64,000 nt of DNA, from NCBI RefSeq assembly GCF_036971445.1, contig NC_091477.1, forward strand, positions 93,000,001 through 93,064,000. The letters are read 5' to 3'. This document shows, piece after piece, positions 51,335-62,754 of the stretch (position 1 is the stretch's first letter; the number at the start of each line of letters is the position of its first letter). This DNA is from Narcine bancroftii. Lineage: Eukaryota. Below the pieces are notes generated by a model that did not search any database, was not told where the DNA came from, and worked only from the letters and a program-made list of their open reading frames with translations. The translations under genes were made by a program, and so were the position numbers.

Positions 51335-51560
51335 AAAGATAACATCAAGCAGTATAACACAGGAACAGACCATTCAGCCCACATTGTCTGCACTGAACAA
51401 TGCCAAATTAAATATCTGCTGCTCGCACATGATGTGTATCCTTCTATTTCCTGCATGTTCATGTGCCTATTTGGAAGCCTTTTAAAAGTTTTTATCATAT
51501 CTGTTTCTACCACTGCCACACTCTGTATAAAAATCTTGCCTTGTACACTTTTTAAGGTTA
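51335..51560 (-). mobile_element. CR1 3' end remnant
   Basis: ACACAGGAACAGACCATTCAGCCCAC. Minus ORF VVETDMIKTFKRLPNRHMNMQEIEGY. Confidence 0.75.
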
Positions 51561-53829
51561 AAGATATTCAGAGGTATTTCCACTATCTGGTCCATGCAGG
51601 GAGTCCATCCTGGCCAGTGACTTTCCATTGATTCATTCTCAAGAATGCCAATCTGACATCTGCAATAGCAATTGTGGGTAGATGTGCCTAAGGATGTCAT
51701 GGCAGAAGATGTCACCTTATTGACCTTCTCTTTAAAGTAAGAGCATTATGCTTTGAACTTTTTGTGGACAGGTGCATTGTTACCTCCAATCCTATTTGAA
51801 TTTGCTTTGTAGCCTACAACAGCATACATGCCTTTCCCCATTGATAGGTGTCTGTGAGGTTTGTCTCGGACCTCAGCTTGGTCTGGTGTTGCCTCTTGGC
51901 ATCCTTGTGGCCTTGCAAAGCCCACACCTGGAATTTTTGTATAGATAAGGTTCACTGGATTTGAATGCATAGGGAGTGAATCTTCTGGTTCAGTCATGGA
52001 TTCTGGTTAGAAAACTCAAATTTTCTTTGGCAAGCAGTCTTCCAAGCATTTGCTGATAATGGCTTATTGAAATGCATGTCTTGCATAAGCACAAGAGAGG
52101 AACAGTAAGGATAATAAAATGCCTGACCCTGAGAGTGGATAATTAATGCATCTTGATGAACGGCAGCTAAGAACAGGAAGACGGCCATGCAGCTCAAATG
52201 GGAAACTGCAACGTTATGGAGAATCAGATGATTGTTGATATTGAAACTTGCCATTGAAGCATTTAAAAATGCATTTGGAGAAAGATATCGAAATGAATCT
52301 TGTACATTTTTCATAGTTTGCATATGATTGGCAGTTTTGAACCTTATGAAATCATCATATTACTTAGTGGCAATATCCTTCTCAATTAAAAAATGTCACG
52401 AAGCTCTTTAATGGAAATGCTGCCATTTATCTTCAGTTGCCAGTGCAAATTTAAATGGCAAAGCAATGTTTTATAAGTCATCTTAGAGACAGATCTTTGT
52501 TGGCTATTCATTAGTAAAATTACCGCTAATTAAGTGCATCACTCTGAAGTATCAAATCATTTTGTAAGATATTAATTTTGTTGCCCAGTTAACATAAGTT
52601 ATGAATATTCTTATCTGACTGAAGTAACAAGGAGGTAACTCACAGTACTTCCATTTGAAGTGGACTGGACAGTAATTAAACAATTTTTATCAAGCAAGCT
52701 AAAATGCAAGGAGCAAAGGCTGAAGTTAGTTTCTTGCAGCATGCTTTTATTATAGTCACATTTTTTTATTGATTTCTATTTAAAAATTATATGTAAGTTT
52801 GTATCATCAAATCTAAAAGACTGGAATTACCAAGGAAATTTTAATGCCAAGCTGAAGTCGATAAATTTCAAAATGATATGAAAAGACTGCAGTGTGGTGA
52901 CACCACAAGATGTACATGGAAGGAGACAGAGGGCCTGACTGATATTGCCTGGCTCAGAATGAGATGTCAATGTCAATGAATGAAATGTCAATGAGATTGA
53001 CATTCTTGATCTGAGGTAATGAGGAGAAAAAAATAAGTCATTGTAAGTAGAGCCAGGAAAAGAAAGATATGAAAAAAACCCAATTAGATTGACAAATACA
53101 ACTTCCAAAGAGGAGAAGGGAGGAACATCAAAAAGCACAAGAAGGAAATCATTCCCTAAGCAGCAGGAACAATAATTTCTTATGTGGGACAAAAAGGAAT
53201 AAAGAATGGATATCAATGAATTTGTCACTTGGATTGAGATGTGATTTGAAATGAGGCGGTTTTCTTGAAGCAAAAAGTTTAGTCAGTGGTTTTGACAGAC
53301 TGCTGATCTGTTCACCTAACTGATTTAGATAAGTTTTCAAGAACAAACAATGAGAAGTTGGAGGAACGCAGTGGTTCAGGCAGCATTCATCTGTAGAAAT
53401 AGTCAACATTTCAGGTCAAGACCATTTACGGACCCCAAGAGTTAATTGACCATTTCCACCCATGGATGCTGGCTGACCTGTTGGACCGTGGACTATCATT
53501 TCTCCTAAGAATTCTGTGCAACTTGTGGTCAGCTGAGTGCAGACTCACCAATTGCTTGGAACTTTCAAGAATAAGGAGAAAATCCAGCTGTGAAGCAGAG
53601 AGCGACAGTTAGAGCGGCAGAGGGCAGATGGAGAGATGTGTGAAATGCACCCTAATGAGGATTCGTAAGTTTACTGCAATGCAACGTCAATCATTTCTCT
53701 CTCCAACGTTCAATACAACATCCTTTGTTAGCAGTTAAAGAACTAAACTTGGTCATTGAATTTTAAGATTGAATTATGTTGTCTGTTTTTTTGAACGGAC
53801 TTACTTGACTGACTGACCTGGGGTTTTGG

Positions 53830-56800
53830 GGCTCCAAGGCCTGCCGATGCTGGTCGCCCTGCAAGTTCCATGGAAATGACAAGGCTAGCCATTGCTGATG
53901 ACCATGGTGGCTGGCCATGGAGAGAGCCTCCTGTACGTATGGGATCACCTTTCCAGTAGACGATTCTTGGTGGATACAGGAGTGGGGATTAGCGTGATGC
54001 CCCTGACAGGTTTGGATACTAGATGCAGGCTACTGGGCCCCACGTTGAGGGCTGCCAACGATAGCAGCATACGGACCTATGGTACGCATAGGACTAAGAT
54101 AAAGTTCAGAGGCAGTCACTTCTCGTAGGAGTTCATGCTGGCTGCAGCCACTCCTCGGAGTGGACCCTGCAGGTCCACAGTCTCCTAGTAGACCTCAAGG
54201 GCAAGAGGCTTGTGAATGTAGAGGTGTTCCAAACCTTCACACTGAGAGGCAGCGGGCTCCCGGTGCTGCATCTGGACTCCATCCACAGCTCAGATGATGA
54301 GTTTTCCAAGGTGCTGGCCATGTTCCTGGCAATCCTTTCCCCTCAGTTCATGGTGAAGGTGCCCCAACGTGGTGTCAGGCATCTCATCCTCACCGAGGGA
54401 CCACCTCCCCATGCAAATGTGAGATGACTTTCCCTTGGAGAAGCTCCAATTAGCCAAGGAATTCAGCAAGCTTGAGGAGTTAGGTATCGTTTGGCGGTCA
54501 GACAGTCCATGGGCTTCTCCCCTGCACATGGTGCCTAAAATATCTGGGGGCTGAAGACCAAGTGGCAACTACTGTTGGCTTAACGAGGCCACTACTCCAG
54601 ATCGTTACCCTGTGCCGCATATCCAGGACTTTGTGGCAAGCCTGTATGGAGCGACGAACATCTCCAAAGTGGGCCTGCTGTGATGGTACCATCAAATCGC
54701 GGTGCAGCCTGATGACATCCCCAAGACGGCCATCATCACTCCATTCAGGCTCAAGAACGCGGCACAGACCTTCCAGCGACAGATGTATGTGTGGGCAGAG
54801 ACCTGGATGGCACCTTCATTTATTTAGACAATATCCTGGTGGCAAGCAGAACTTGGCAGGAACATCTACAACACCTCCGAAGCCTCTACGATTGCATACA
54901 CGAGTTCAGTGCTAATATCAACTTGGCCAAATGCCAGTTCAGGCTGAGAATGATTGACATCCTGGGCCACAGGATAACCAAATGTGTGGCTACACAACTA
55001 CCCAGCAAGGTGAAGGCCGTCTGCCACTTCCCGAGGTACAGTACAACCAAAGGGCTCCAGGGGGATTCGTGGAGATGGTCAACTTTTATTGCAGATTCAT
55101 CCCCACAGCGGCTCAAACCATGTGCCCATCCTTCGCCCTGATGACGAAAGACTTGACCTAGGACAATGACTCCACACGAGTGTTTGTGGAAGCAAAGAAA
55201 GCCCTGGCTAATGCTGCACTCCTGGCCCACCCCACGTCAGATATACCCACAGCCCTCACAGTCGATGTCTCAGGAATGGCGATTGGTGGAGATATGGAGC
55301 AGCAGTCGAAGAAATTTGGCATCCGTTAGCTTTCTTCAGTAAACATCTGCGGCCCTCTGAGCTAAAGTACAGTGCTTTCGACAGAGCTACTGGCTCAGTA
55401 CTTAGCCATCTGCCACTTTTGGTACTTCCTAGAGAGAAGGGCTTTCACGGACCACAAGCCACTGATGTTCGCCCTAGCCATGATCTCCGACCCCTGGTCA
55501 GCCCACCGGCAGAGACATTTGTCTTACGTCTTAGAGTACACCACCGACGTGAGGCACATCTCAGGAAAAGACAACATGGTCGCGGTCACCTTGACAAGAC
55601 AGAGCATCCACTCCCTGACCAATGGACTGGACTTCATGGCAGGACGATGAGATTCCTCAGTACAGGACCACTGTCACAGGGCTGCAGCTTCAGAACATCC
55701 CAGTCGGCACAGGTAACACTACCCTCCTGTGTGTCGTGGCCACTGGGCAGGTTCAACCTATCGTACTAATGGCATGGAGGCGAGGAGTTTTTGACTCCAT
55801 CCACGGGCTGGCACATCCATCAATCAGGACCACAGTCCAGTTGGTGACCAGCAAGTATGCGTGGCATGGGTTGCAAAAACAAGTCAGCAGGTGGGCCAAG
55901 ATGTGTATGCAGTGCCAATCAGCCAAGGTACAGTGGCACACCAAGGTCCCCCCACTGCCTTTTGAGCCAACAGAACAAAGGTTTGACCTCATCACATGGA
56001 CATAGTGGGACCCTTAGCTGTCTCACAGGGTTTTTGCTACCTGCTAACAGTGGTCAACCATTTCATCCAGTGGCCAGAAGCAATCCCCCTGGCCGGCACA
56101 TCCACCAGGTCCTGCATCAAGGCACTCATCTCATCCTAGGTAGCAAGGTTCAGGCTACCATGCCACATTACCTCCAACAGAGGCACACAATTTACCTCCA
56201 GCCTGTAGATGGACGTTGCCAACCTGTGGAGCGCTGAGCTACACCACACAACAGCATACCACCTGCAGTCTAACAGGCTGGTTAAGCGCTTCCATAGGCA
56301 CCTCAAGGCCACCCTTATGACCAGACCCAAGGGCCCCAACTGGGTAGACGAACTGCTATGTGCACTGCTGGGCATTCGTACCTCCACACATCCTCCGCCG
56401 AACTCTTCTACGGAACTCCACTCATGGTCCCTGGGAGTTCGTCCCACTGGCCAGAGGTCAACAGGAGAATACAACCACCTTCCTGGACCAGCTGCAGGAA
56501 AAGGTCAGTAACCTGGTTCCGATCCCACCCTCCAGCCACGGGCAAGCCAAGTTCAACACCCCTAAAGAACTCCAAGACTGTGAGCATGTGTTCGTGCGCA
56601 GAGGGCCACACTATCCACCACTACAGAAGCCCTACGAAGGCCCCTTCCGAGCATCCAGAACAAAGGGGCCACCTTTGGTAGCAAACCAGAGGTCTTCACC
56701 GCAGACAGGCTCAAGCCAGCACACACAGACCCAACACAACCCATAGAGACACCAGGATCTCGACGCAGAGGCAGCCCACCAAAGACATTGGGGATTGCAT

Positions 56801-57220
56801 CCAAAGACACTATGAACTGAAGCGCCGGTTCTGGGGTTGGAGGGTCATGTGGCGGCCCACCACCATGGAGATCGAGCAAGTGCAGCGCGTGCGGTAGTAA
56901 ACAGCAGCATAACACACTGTAACACCTCCCTTAACACAGCAAACCAGCGCAGTTGAAAGCTGGAGCAGGACAAGACCAGTAGCCATAAAATGGCGCTGGC
57001 CAAGCTACCCAGCTAACAGATCAATAACAGGCTGTGGAAGAAGGGTATCACATGCAAGAATGTTCCCGCCTGCTATTGTTATTCATGCAATTGATGTCAG
57101 CCAATCAAATAAAGGCAGGCACTCCAACTGTATAAAAGGAGCCTTTCCAGCCTCAATAAATCTCAGAGCTTAACCTCCCACTCTGCGAGTGTGTATGTTT
57201 CTTTGTAGCAGTCGGCTACA
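53830..57220 (+). mobile_element. Gypsy LTR retrotransposon lacking its 5' LTR and most of gag (PR-RT-RH-IN plus 3' LTR), disrupted
   Basis: Protease FLVDTG. RT SPWASPLHMVPK, FIYLDNILVAS. RNase H FTDHKPL. Integrase HGLAHP...CMQCQ and HHTTAYHLQSN. GPY/F-like PYEGPF. Many stops and frameshifts. Confidence 0.93.
56848..57220 (+). repeat. 3' LTR (373 bp, TG...CA)
   Basis: Follows PPT GGGGTTGGAGGG. TGTGGCGGCCC...TATAAAAG...AATAAA...CAGAGCTTAACCT...GGCTACA. Related to but diverged from the 38166 and 40097 LTRs. Confidence 0.88.
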
Positions 57221-59812
57221 AGTACTTCATTTCCATTGAAATAATTTTCTTTATTATGTTTCACATAATATTATTTCCATGAGTATTTTTGAACCAGCAA
57301 TTAAGAATTATGTTCAATGAATGTTCACATCCGTGAACAACTTTGGGTTAGAGGTACAAAAACATCACTTTAATTATGTCCTTTATTTATCACACACAGT
57401 AAAATCTCATAATAGTCACTGAGTTCAAAATTGAATGCAACTTTCAGTAAATACATTATATTTTATTTGAGCTGAACGGCAAAAGACTTCCAAAAGTACA
57501 CACATAGCAAATTGAAATTTGCATTCATAAAAATGAATGTTGAAAATATTTTTCTAAATTAGTGAACAAGGAAAAAAAATCATTGAATAAATTACTATTT
57601 TTCAAAACATTTGTGAAATACTTTTGAAAGTACATAGTTATTTTAAAAAAAGTAGTTTTTTATAAAATTTTCTGGCCTACCATGAGAAACTATTGCTGCA
57701 GTGAGGTGAACTAAGTGTATATTTCTATTTAGCAGTGGAAATATGTGCTTAAAAATTGTCTCAGATTAATAATTACAAACTCAAAACAAACAATTAGATT
57801 TGTTAGTTTTAGTTCACCAATGTTGGCTTTATTTTATATATTATACATAAATCAGAGATGATGAAGAAATCCTATTATAAATAAACACAAATTGAAATTT
57901 GGCTAGTTTTGACTTGAAGTTCATAGATGAATGTTAATATAGTTAGAAATTGGAATTAACAATTGCAGAAATGAACCATTAGATGTTGGGTTGTGATATC
58001 CAAATTAGGGAACTTCCAAATCTCTGTGGAGTGATCTTAATGAGAATTAATTGCTAATTATTAATTATGGGGATCAGGAGGAGGGATGGTGGTTTTAAAG
58101 GACAGAAACAAATAAATGTATAGCTTTATTTTTTAAATCAGTAAAAAATATGAAACCAGCAGAGCTATAGTTTGGGTGCAGACATCATGGGCTAAAGGGT
58201 CTATCCCTGTGCTGTACTGTTCTGTTCCAAGGCTGAATTTATTTTGATTTCTAATTGTATGAATATTAATGGTGCAACTGGATTTCAGGTAACCATTTCA
58301 GCTACAATTTTGCCAGTTCTGAAATTCCAAGTTAATAGAAAATAATTAGGACAGCATTGGGAGCAATAAAATCTTCATTTTTCACTAGAGAGCATATTAC
58401 CAAATCTCCAGAGTTGCACAAATGGCTGAAATTGCTATTTGCACACTGCCCTGGGCTGGCTCTTATTTCCGACAAAGTTAGACTTAAAGAACCTCTGGAG
58501 TGTCAGGTTATGGAGCGAGTCCCTCTCATGGGAACCCTCTAGTGTTTGTTTCTCATATTATTTTTTAGAGCAAATCTGAGATAAGTATGGAATGTCATGC
58601 AGGGAAATGCAGTTAAGTATTAATTGAAATCTTAATGAATTTTTGGATGGACTGGAAAAACACCTGCGGCATATACTGCATTAAATGAGTGAACTTGCAT
58701 AGAACCTATGTTAACCTCTATCAGTCTTTGAAATGAATTACAATAACTTAATTTGTTAAACTTCTCTAAATTCAAGCACTACCTATGAAATCACACATTT
58801 CATTGCTAATGGAAAAAAAATGCAATAGATAACAGCAAAAATCACTGGACAGCAAATCAGGAGTGGCTTCAAAATATTAGCTCATCTCAGAGTTGTGATG
58901 TTTATAAATTTGCAAGTTTTATCTCATTCCTCAAAGTTATGCCATTATTTAGTGCACACTATGTCACATTTGATGTTCTGTTGAACTATTTCCACTTAAT
59001 ACTCAAAATTGCCAAGTGCTACTGTTTAAATAAAATAACTCCATCAGAATCAAATTCTATGTGTTGCATATTGATATATGAATAATGACATACTGAGAAA
59101 AATTATTTGCTGTTCCGTCAAGTCGGCTGACATAAAACATTCGATGCTGTGATCCTTTATGCCACAGAATATTTAAGCTATCTTCCTCCACACATGGAAA
59201 AAAAATCATGATTCTGGGGGAAAGGTGAAAATATATGGAGAAAGAAATAGTCAGACCAATGTTAAAATACTAGAACCTATAGGCTCATCGTTAATGTCAT
59301 AGCGATCAGAAGTAGCCCATCCTAAACTAATTTATCTTGATATCTCCATCAGCGATAGAAATCTATGTCATAGATTAGCATTTCACAAATAATATTTGTT
59401 AGAAATAATCCAAGTCTCCTCTCCCATCCACAATTACATCTATTATTCTCCTTTTCCATTAAAAGGTCTCAACTGTTTGCTGTAGTACATTATGCTCCAC
59501 ATGTATGTAAAATACATTTCTGCTCCTATTATATCCTTATCATGGATTTTTAAACTGTTTATACCTCTTTATTGAACGAACATTAAAAAAAGTCATTCAA
59601 GAATTATGTCTGCACAGAATTAAACTTGTCTCCTACTGCACAACATTTTAGAAAAACCAGAGACTGCATTGAAGAAAGCAAGGATCTTGAAAGATTTTAG
59701 CTTGAAATTAATTAGGAGGTATTTAAATCAAAAACATTTCCTTTATAATGCTGTGGTCTTAGAAATGCTGGAGTTTTATTTCAATAGTTCTTTTTCAAAT
59801 GGCAATCAACTT

Positions 59813-60058
59813 AAAAGTAAAGATAAAGGTTCCATTACTGTCACGTAATACTACATTTAAAATGTAACATACAGTCACAAAATTCTTTAACTTTTGTCTA
59901 CCATAAGGCAGACAGAGAGTCACCACTTTGTCCAGCGCCCCTCACAGAAACCTACAGAACCTCATGTTCCTAGCCAGTCTTCCTTCCAAGTACTGACCAG
60001 TCCTGAGCCTGCTTAGCTTCTGATATCAGACAGTCTCAGGTGTATTCAGGCCATTAGG
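59813..60058 (-). mobile_element. 5S rRNA-derived SINE (SINE3-type)
   Basis: Minus 60058-59948 reads CCTGAATACACCTGAGACTGTCTGATATCAGAAGCTAAGCAGGCTCAGGACTGGTCAGTACTTGGAAGGAAGACTGGCTAGGAACATGAGGTTCTGTAGGTTT, collinear with 5S rRNA (box A AGCTAAGCAGG, box C-like TTGGAAGGAAGAC). It is followed by about 135 bp of non-5S body and tail. Confidence 0.85.
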
Positions 60059-60064
60059 TGGTGT

Positions 60065-60180
60065 ATTTTAGACAAACTTACACAAAAATGCTAGGAAAAC
60101 TTAGCAAGTCACACAACAGTCTTTATGTAGCAAAGAAAACAATACATAACCAATGTTTCAGGTATGAGCCCTTCATCACA
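60065..60180 (-). repeat. Penelope terminal-repeat fragment with hammerhead-like core
   Basis: Minus strand TGTGATGAAGGGCTCATACCTGAAACATTGGTTATGTAT. Confidence 0.75.
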
Positions 60181-60499
60181 ATATAATTAGATTATTATTA
60201 TTAACATTATTATACAAAGCTGAGTTATAAATATAAAGAAAATTACTGATATATTCACCATCAAAATTTGTAATGAATGCTAAATTGGAAAGAAACCTGA
60301 ACGATGGACTCAATAAAATTCCATTCTATTCCAATGTGTATCATGTTCATCACACTCTTTGTTTCAATAGTTCAATGAATAAAAGATATGGAAAAGATTG
60401 AGCAATGTACTATTTCACATTGCTCACTTGCCAACACTTGTGGTAAGGAATATATTAAATCATGAGAAATTTTCTGATGCACCCTTGAAAATGTACAAT

Positions 60500-60715
60500 A
60501 ATCACAGCAACACAATTGGTCTTTACAGCACTCGCAGTCGGGACTGGAATGGGGTTTGAATCCCATGCTGTCAGTAAGGAGTTTGTACATTCTCCTTGAG
60601 TCTGCATGAGTTTTCTACGGGTGTCCGGCTTCCTCCTACCATTCAAAATACGTACCAGGAGTGTAGGTTAATGGGACTCATGGGCCAAAATGGCCTGTTA
60701 CCGTGCTGTTTGTCT
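60500..60715 (+). mobile_element. V-SINE (HE1-like)
   Basis: GGGGTTTGAATCCC, GTAAGGAGTTTGTACATTCTCC, ATGGGCCAAAATGGCCTGTTACCGTGCTGT. Confidence 0.85.
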
Positions 60716-61654
60716 GCATGTATTAGTATAGAGTAGCAATCATGTGATTTCTTTGTCAGCATTATGGTTTCTAGAGAAGTGGTTGGCAGTTCCATTACTT
60801 TTATATCACTGATATCTTACAGAGATTATTTCATTTGATAATTAAACCAACTGCAAGCATTTTTGTTTAAAATACCCATTCAAGGGCATACAAATTGTAT
60901 TTATTTATTTATTGTTATTTTAAATTTCAATTAAATGTAAAATAGAAATGCGTCACAAGATTTCTTGCTGTAATGTTTTAGTCAGAAATTTAACAGCTTT
61001 AAAATTCCTTTTCAGATAGAAAATAATCATGGCAACTTTGAGAAAAATAAAATGTTTATAATTCACCAGGCAACACATTCCCATGGAAACCTTTGTCTGC
61101 CAGTACTAACAAGTAAATAGGCCGGAGAAATAGAATTCCTAAATATAGCCATGCATCGACTTGCATCTGGGTTACGTTCTGGAAATTGGGACACAAATCG
61201 ATTTGGGCGCAAGTTGATCATTATAGGAGAAATATACTGTACTATGAGATATCATGACACATATACATATTTACCTAAACCTCTATGTTGTACAGATGCA
61301 TGTCTAAATACCATAGTTAATAAAATGTAAATATTGCATATTTTCAGATAAAATTTAGCCAATGAGATAACACGTAAACAAGAGAAACCACAGAATGTGA
61401 TTTGATGCTGGATGTTGGTGTGTCGTATGCTATCAAGACTAGAAAAATATTATACAGTAGTGTGCTTTTTTTCCAAAGTAAATAGAGAGAGTACACATTA
61501 ATGTAATAACACAACAGCAATAAATAGTGCATACATATATTATAGATTTCAATTACATATATGTACTGTTTTATGTGTGACTTAACGTCTGCTAATGTCC
61601 GCCAATGCCAGTCCCAGTATAAATTATACATTTTTATTAAACCCTTTGGTGACC

Positions 61655-62754
61655 TGTCAGGGGTAAATTACATTTTATATTATATATTAATATGTCTTTA
61701 AAAGAGATAGATTGTGGGGGGGTTAGTATAGGTCACTTCACAAACAGACAGCAACACTTCACAAAAGACATCTCATTCAAAATGCAAGAGCTTTGCTTAA
61801 AGTGAAACAATTAAATTGTTTTAGAAGGAATTTCAAAAAGCAGGTGCAAATGGAAGAGTCTGGGCTCAAGTGCTGATAAAGATCTTCCAAGGATTGGGTT
61901 AGCCCTGCAAGAAGTTCTGGTTTTTACAAGCAGAAAGAGAGNNNNNNNNNNNNNNNNNNNNNNNNNNNNNNNNNNNNNNNNNNNNNNNNNNNNNNNNNNN
62001 NNNNNNNNNNNNNNNNNNNNNNNNNNNNNNNNNNNNNNNNNNNNNNNNNNNNNNNNNNNNNNNNNNNNNNNNNNNNNNNNNNNNNNNNNNNNNNNNNNNN
62101 CAGTAGCTTTTAAGGCTGCAACATGACAAGCTGACAGGTTTGTTAAAACCCCATTTTGAAGATGGGTTGTGAGTTCTGAGGTCAACTTGTTCAAAACCCT
62201 TGTGATCCTTACAAGAGAAAATGGCTGGCTAGAGTGTTTCTTCTGAAATACAGATAACAAGAGGAACTCTGTGGTGACCTGGAAGAAAAGGTTAGCATTT
62301 GGAAAACCCATAATGGGGCAAATTTCTTCGGCAAGACACTGAAGTACTGATCGTAGGAAATCAGTTTGTGTGTGTCCAACGAGCAACAAATCTCTCTCTG
62401 AAACCAACAAGAATCTTTCTGAGCAGTAACCATTTAACTTTAAGCACCAGAGCCTGATGAAATTCATAAATGTTAAATGTTGTGCACAGTATGAGAATTG
62501 TCTGATACTATTGAACTTAGAGGAGTGAGAAGTGAGATTGAACTGTGAATCAAAGGACTTTCCTGAATATCTACACACTACATACACATGCGCTTAGAAT
62601 TAGAAGGGGGTTAGGTTAAGTTAATAGTAATAAGTTAAAGTCTGATCCTGTTTTTATGTTTAAAGAAAATTAAAAGCAACTTTTGTTTAAGTAACCATTT
62701 ATCTTGGTGAATTTCTATTGCTGCTGTGTTTTGGGGACCTCTGGACTCATAACA
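61655..62754 (+). mobile_element. Solo LTR (about 1.1 kb including an N-run)
   Basis: TGTCAGGGG...CATAACA termini, ATTAAA poly(A)-like signal at about 62669, and a relative at 48633-49540. TSD imperfect (GACC/ATCC). Confidence 0.6.
61942..62100. other. Run of 159 N (assembly gap or masking), starting at a GA-repeat
   Basis: Seen directly, preceded by AAAGAGAG. Confidence 0.99.

Noticed and set aside
38166-57220. One giant provirus from the LTR at 38166 to the LTR at 57220
   Set aside because: The first element closes with its own 3' LTR and TGCA TSD at 40475, and the 56848 LTR is a diverged subfamily.
59948-60058. Functional 5S rRNA gene
   Set aside because: Many substitutions, a deletion near the 5' end, no tandem array, and fused to a LINE-like tail.
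61811-62587. 258-aa minus-strand ORF
   Set aside because: It runs through 159 Ns and lies antisense in an LTR, so it is an artefact.
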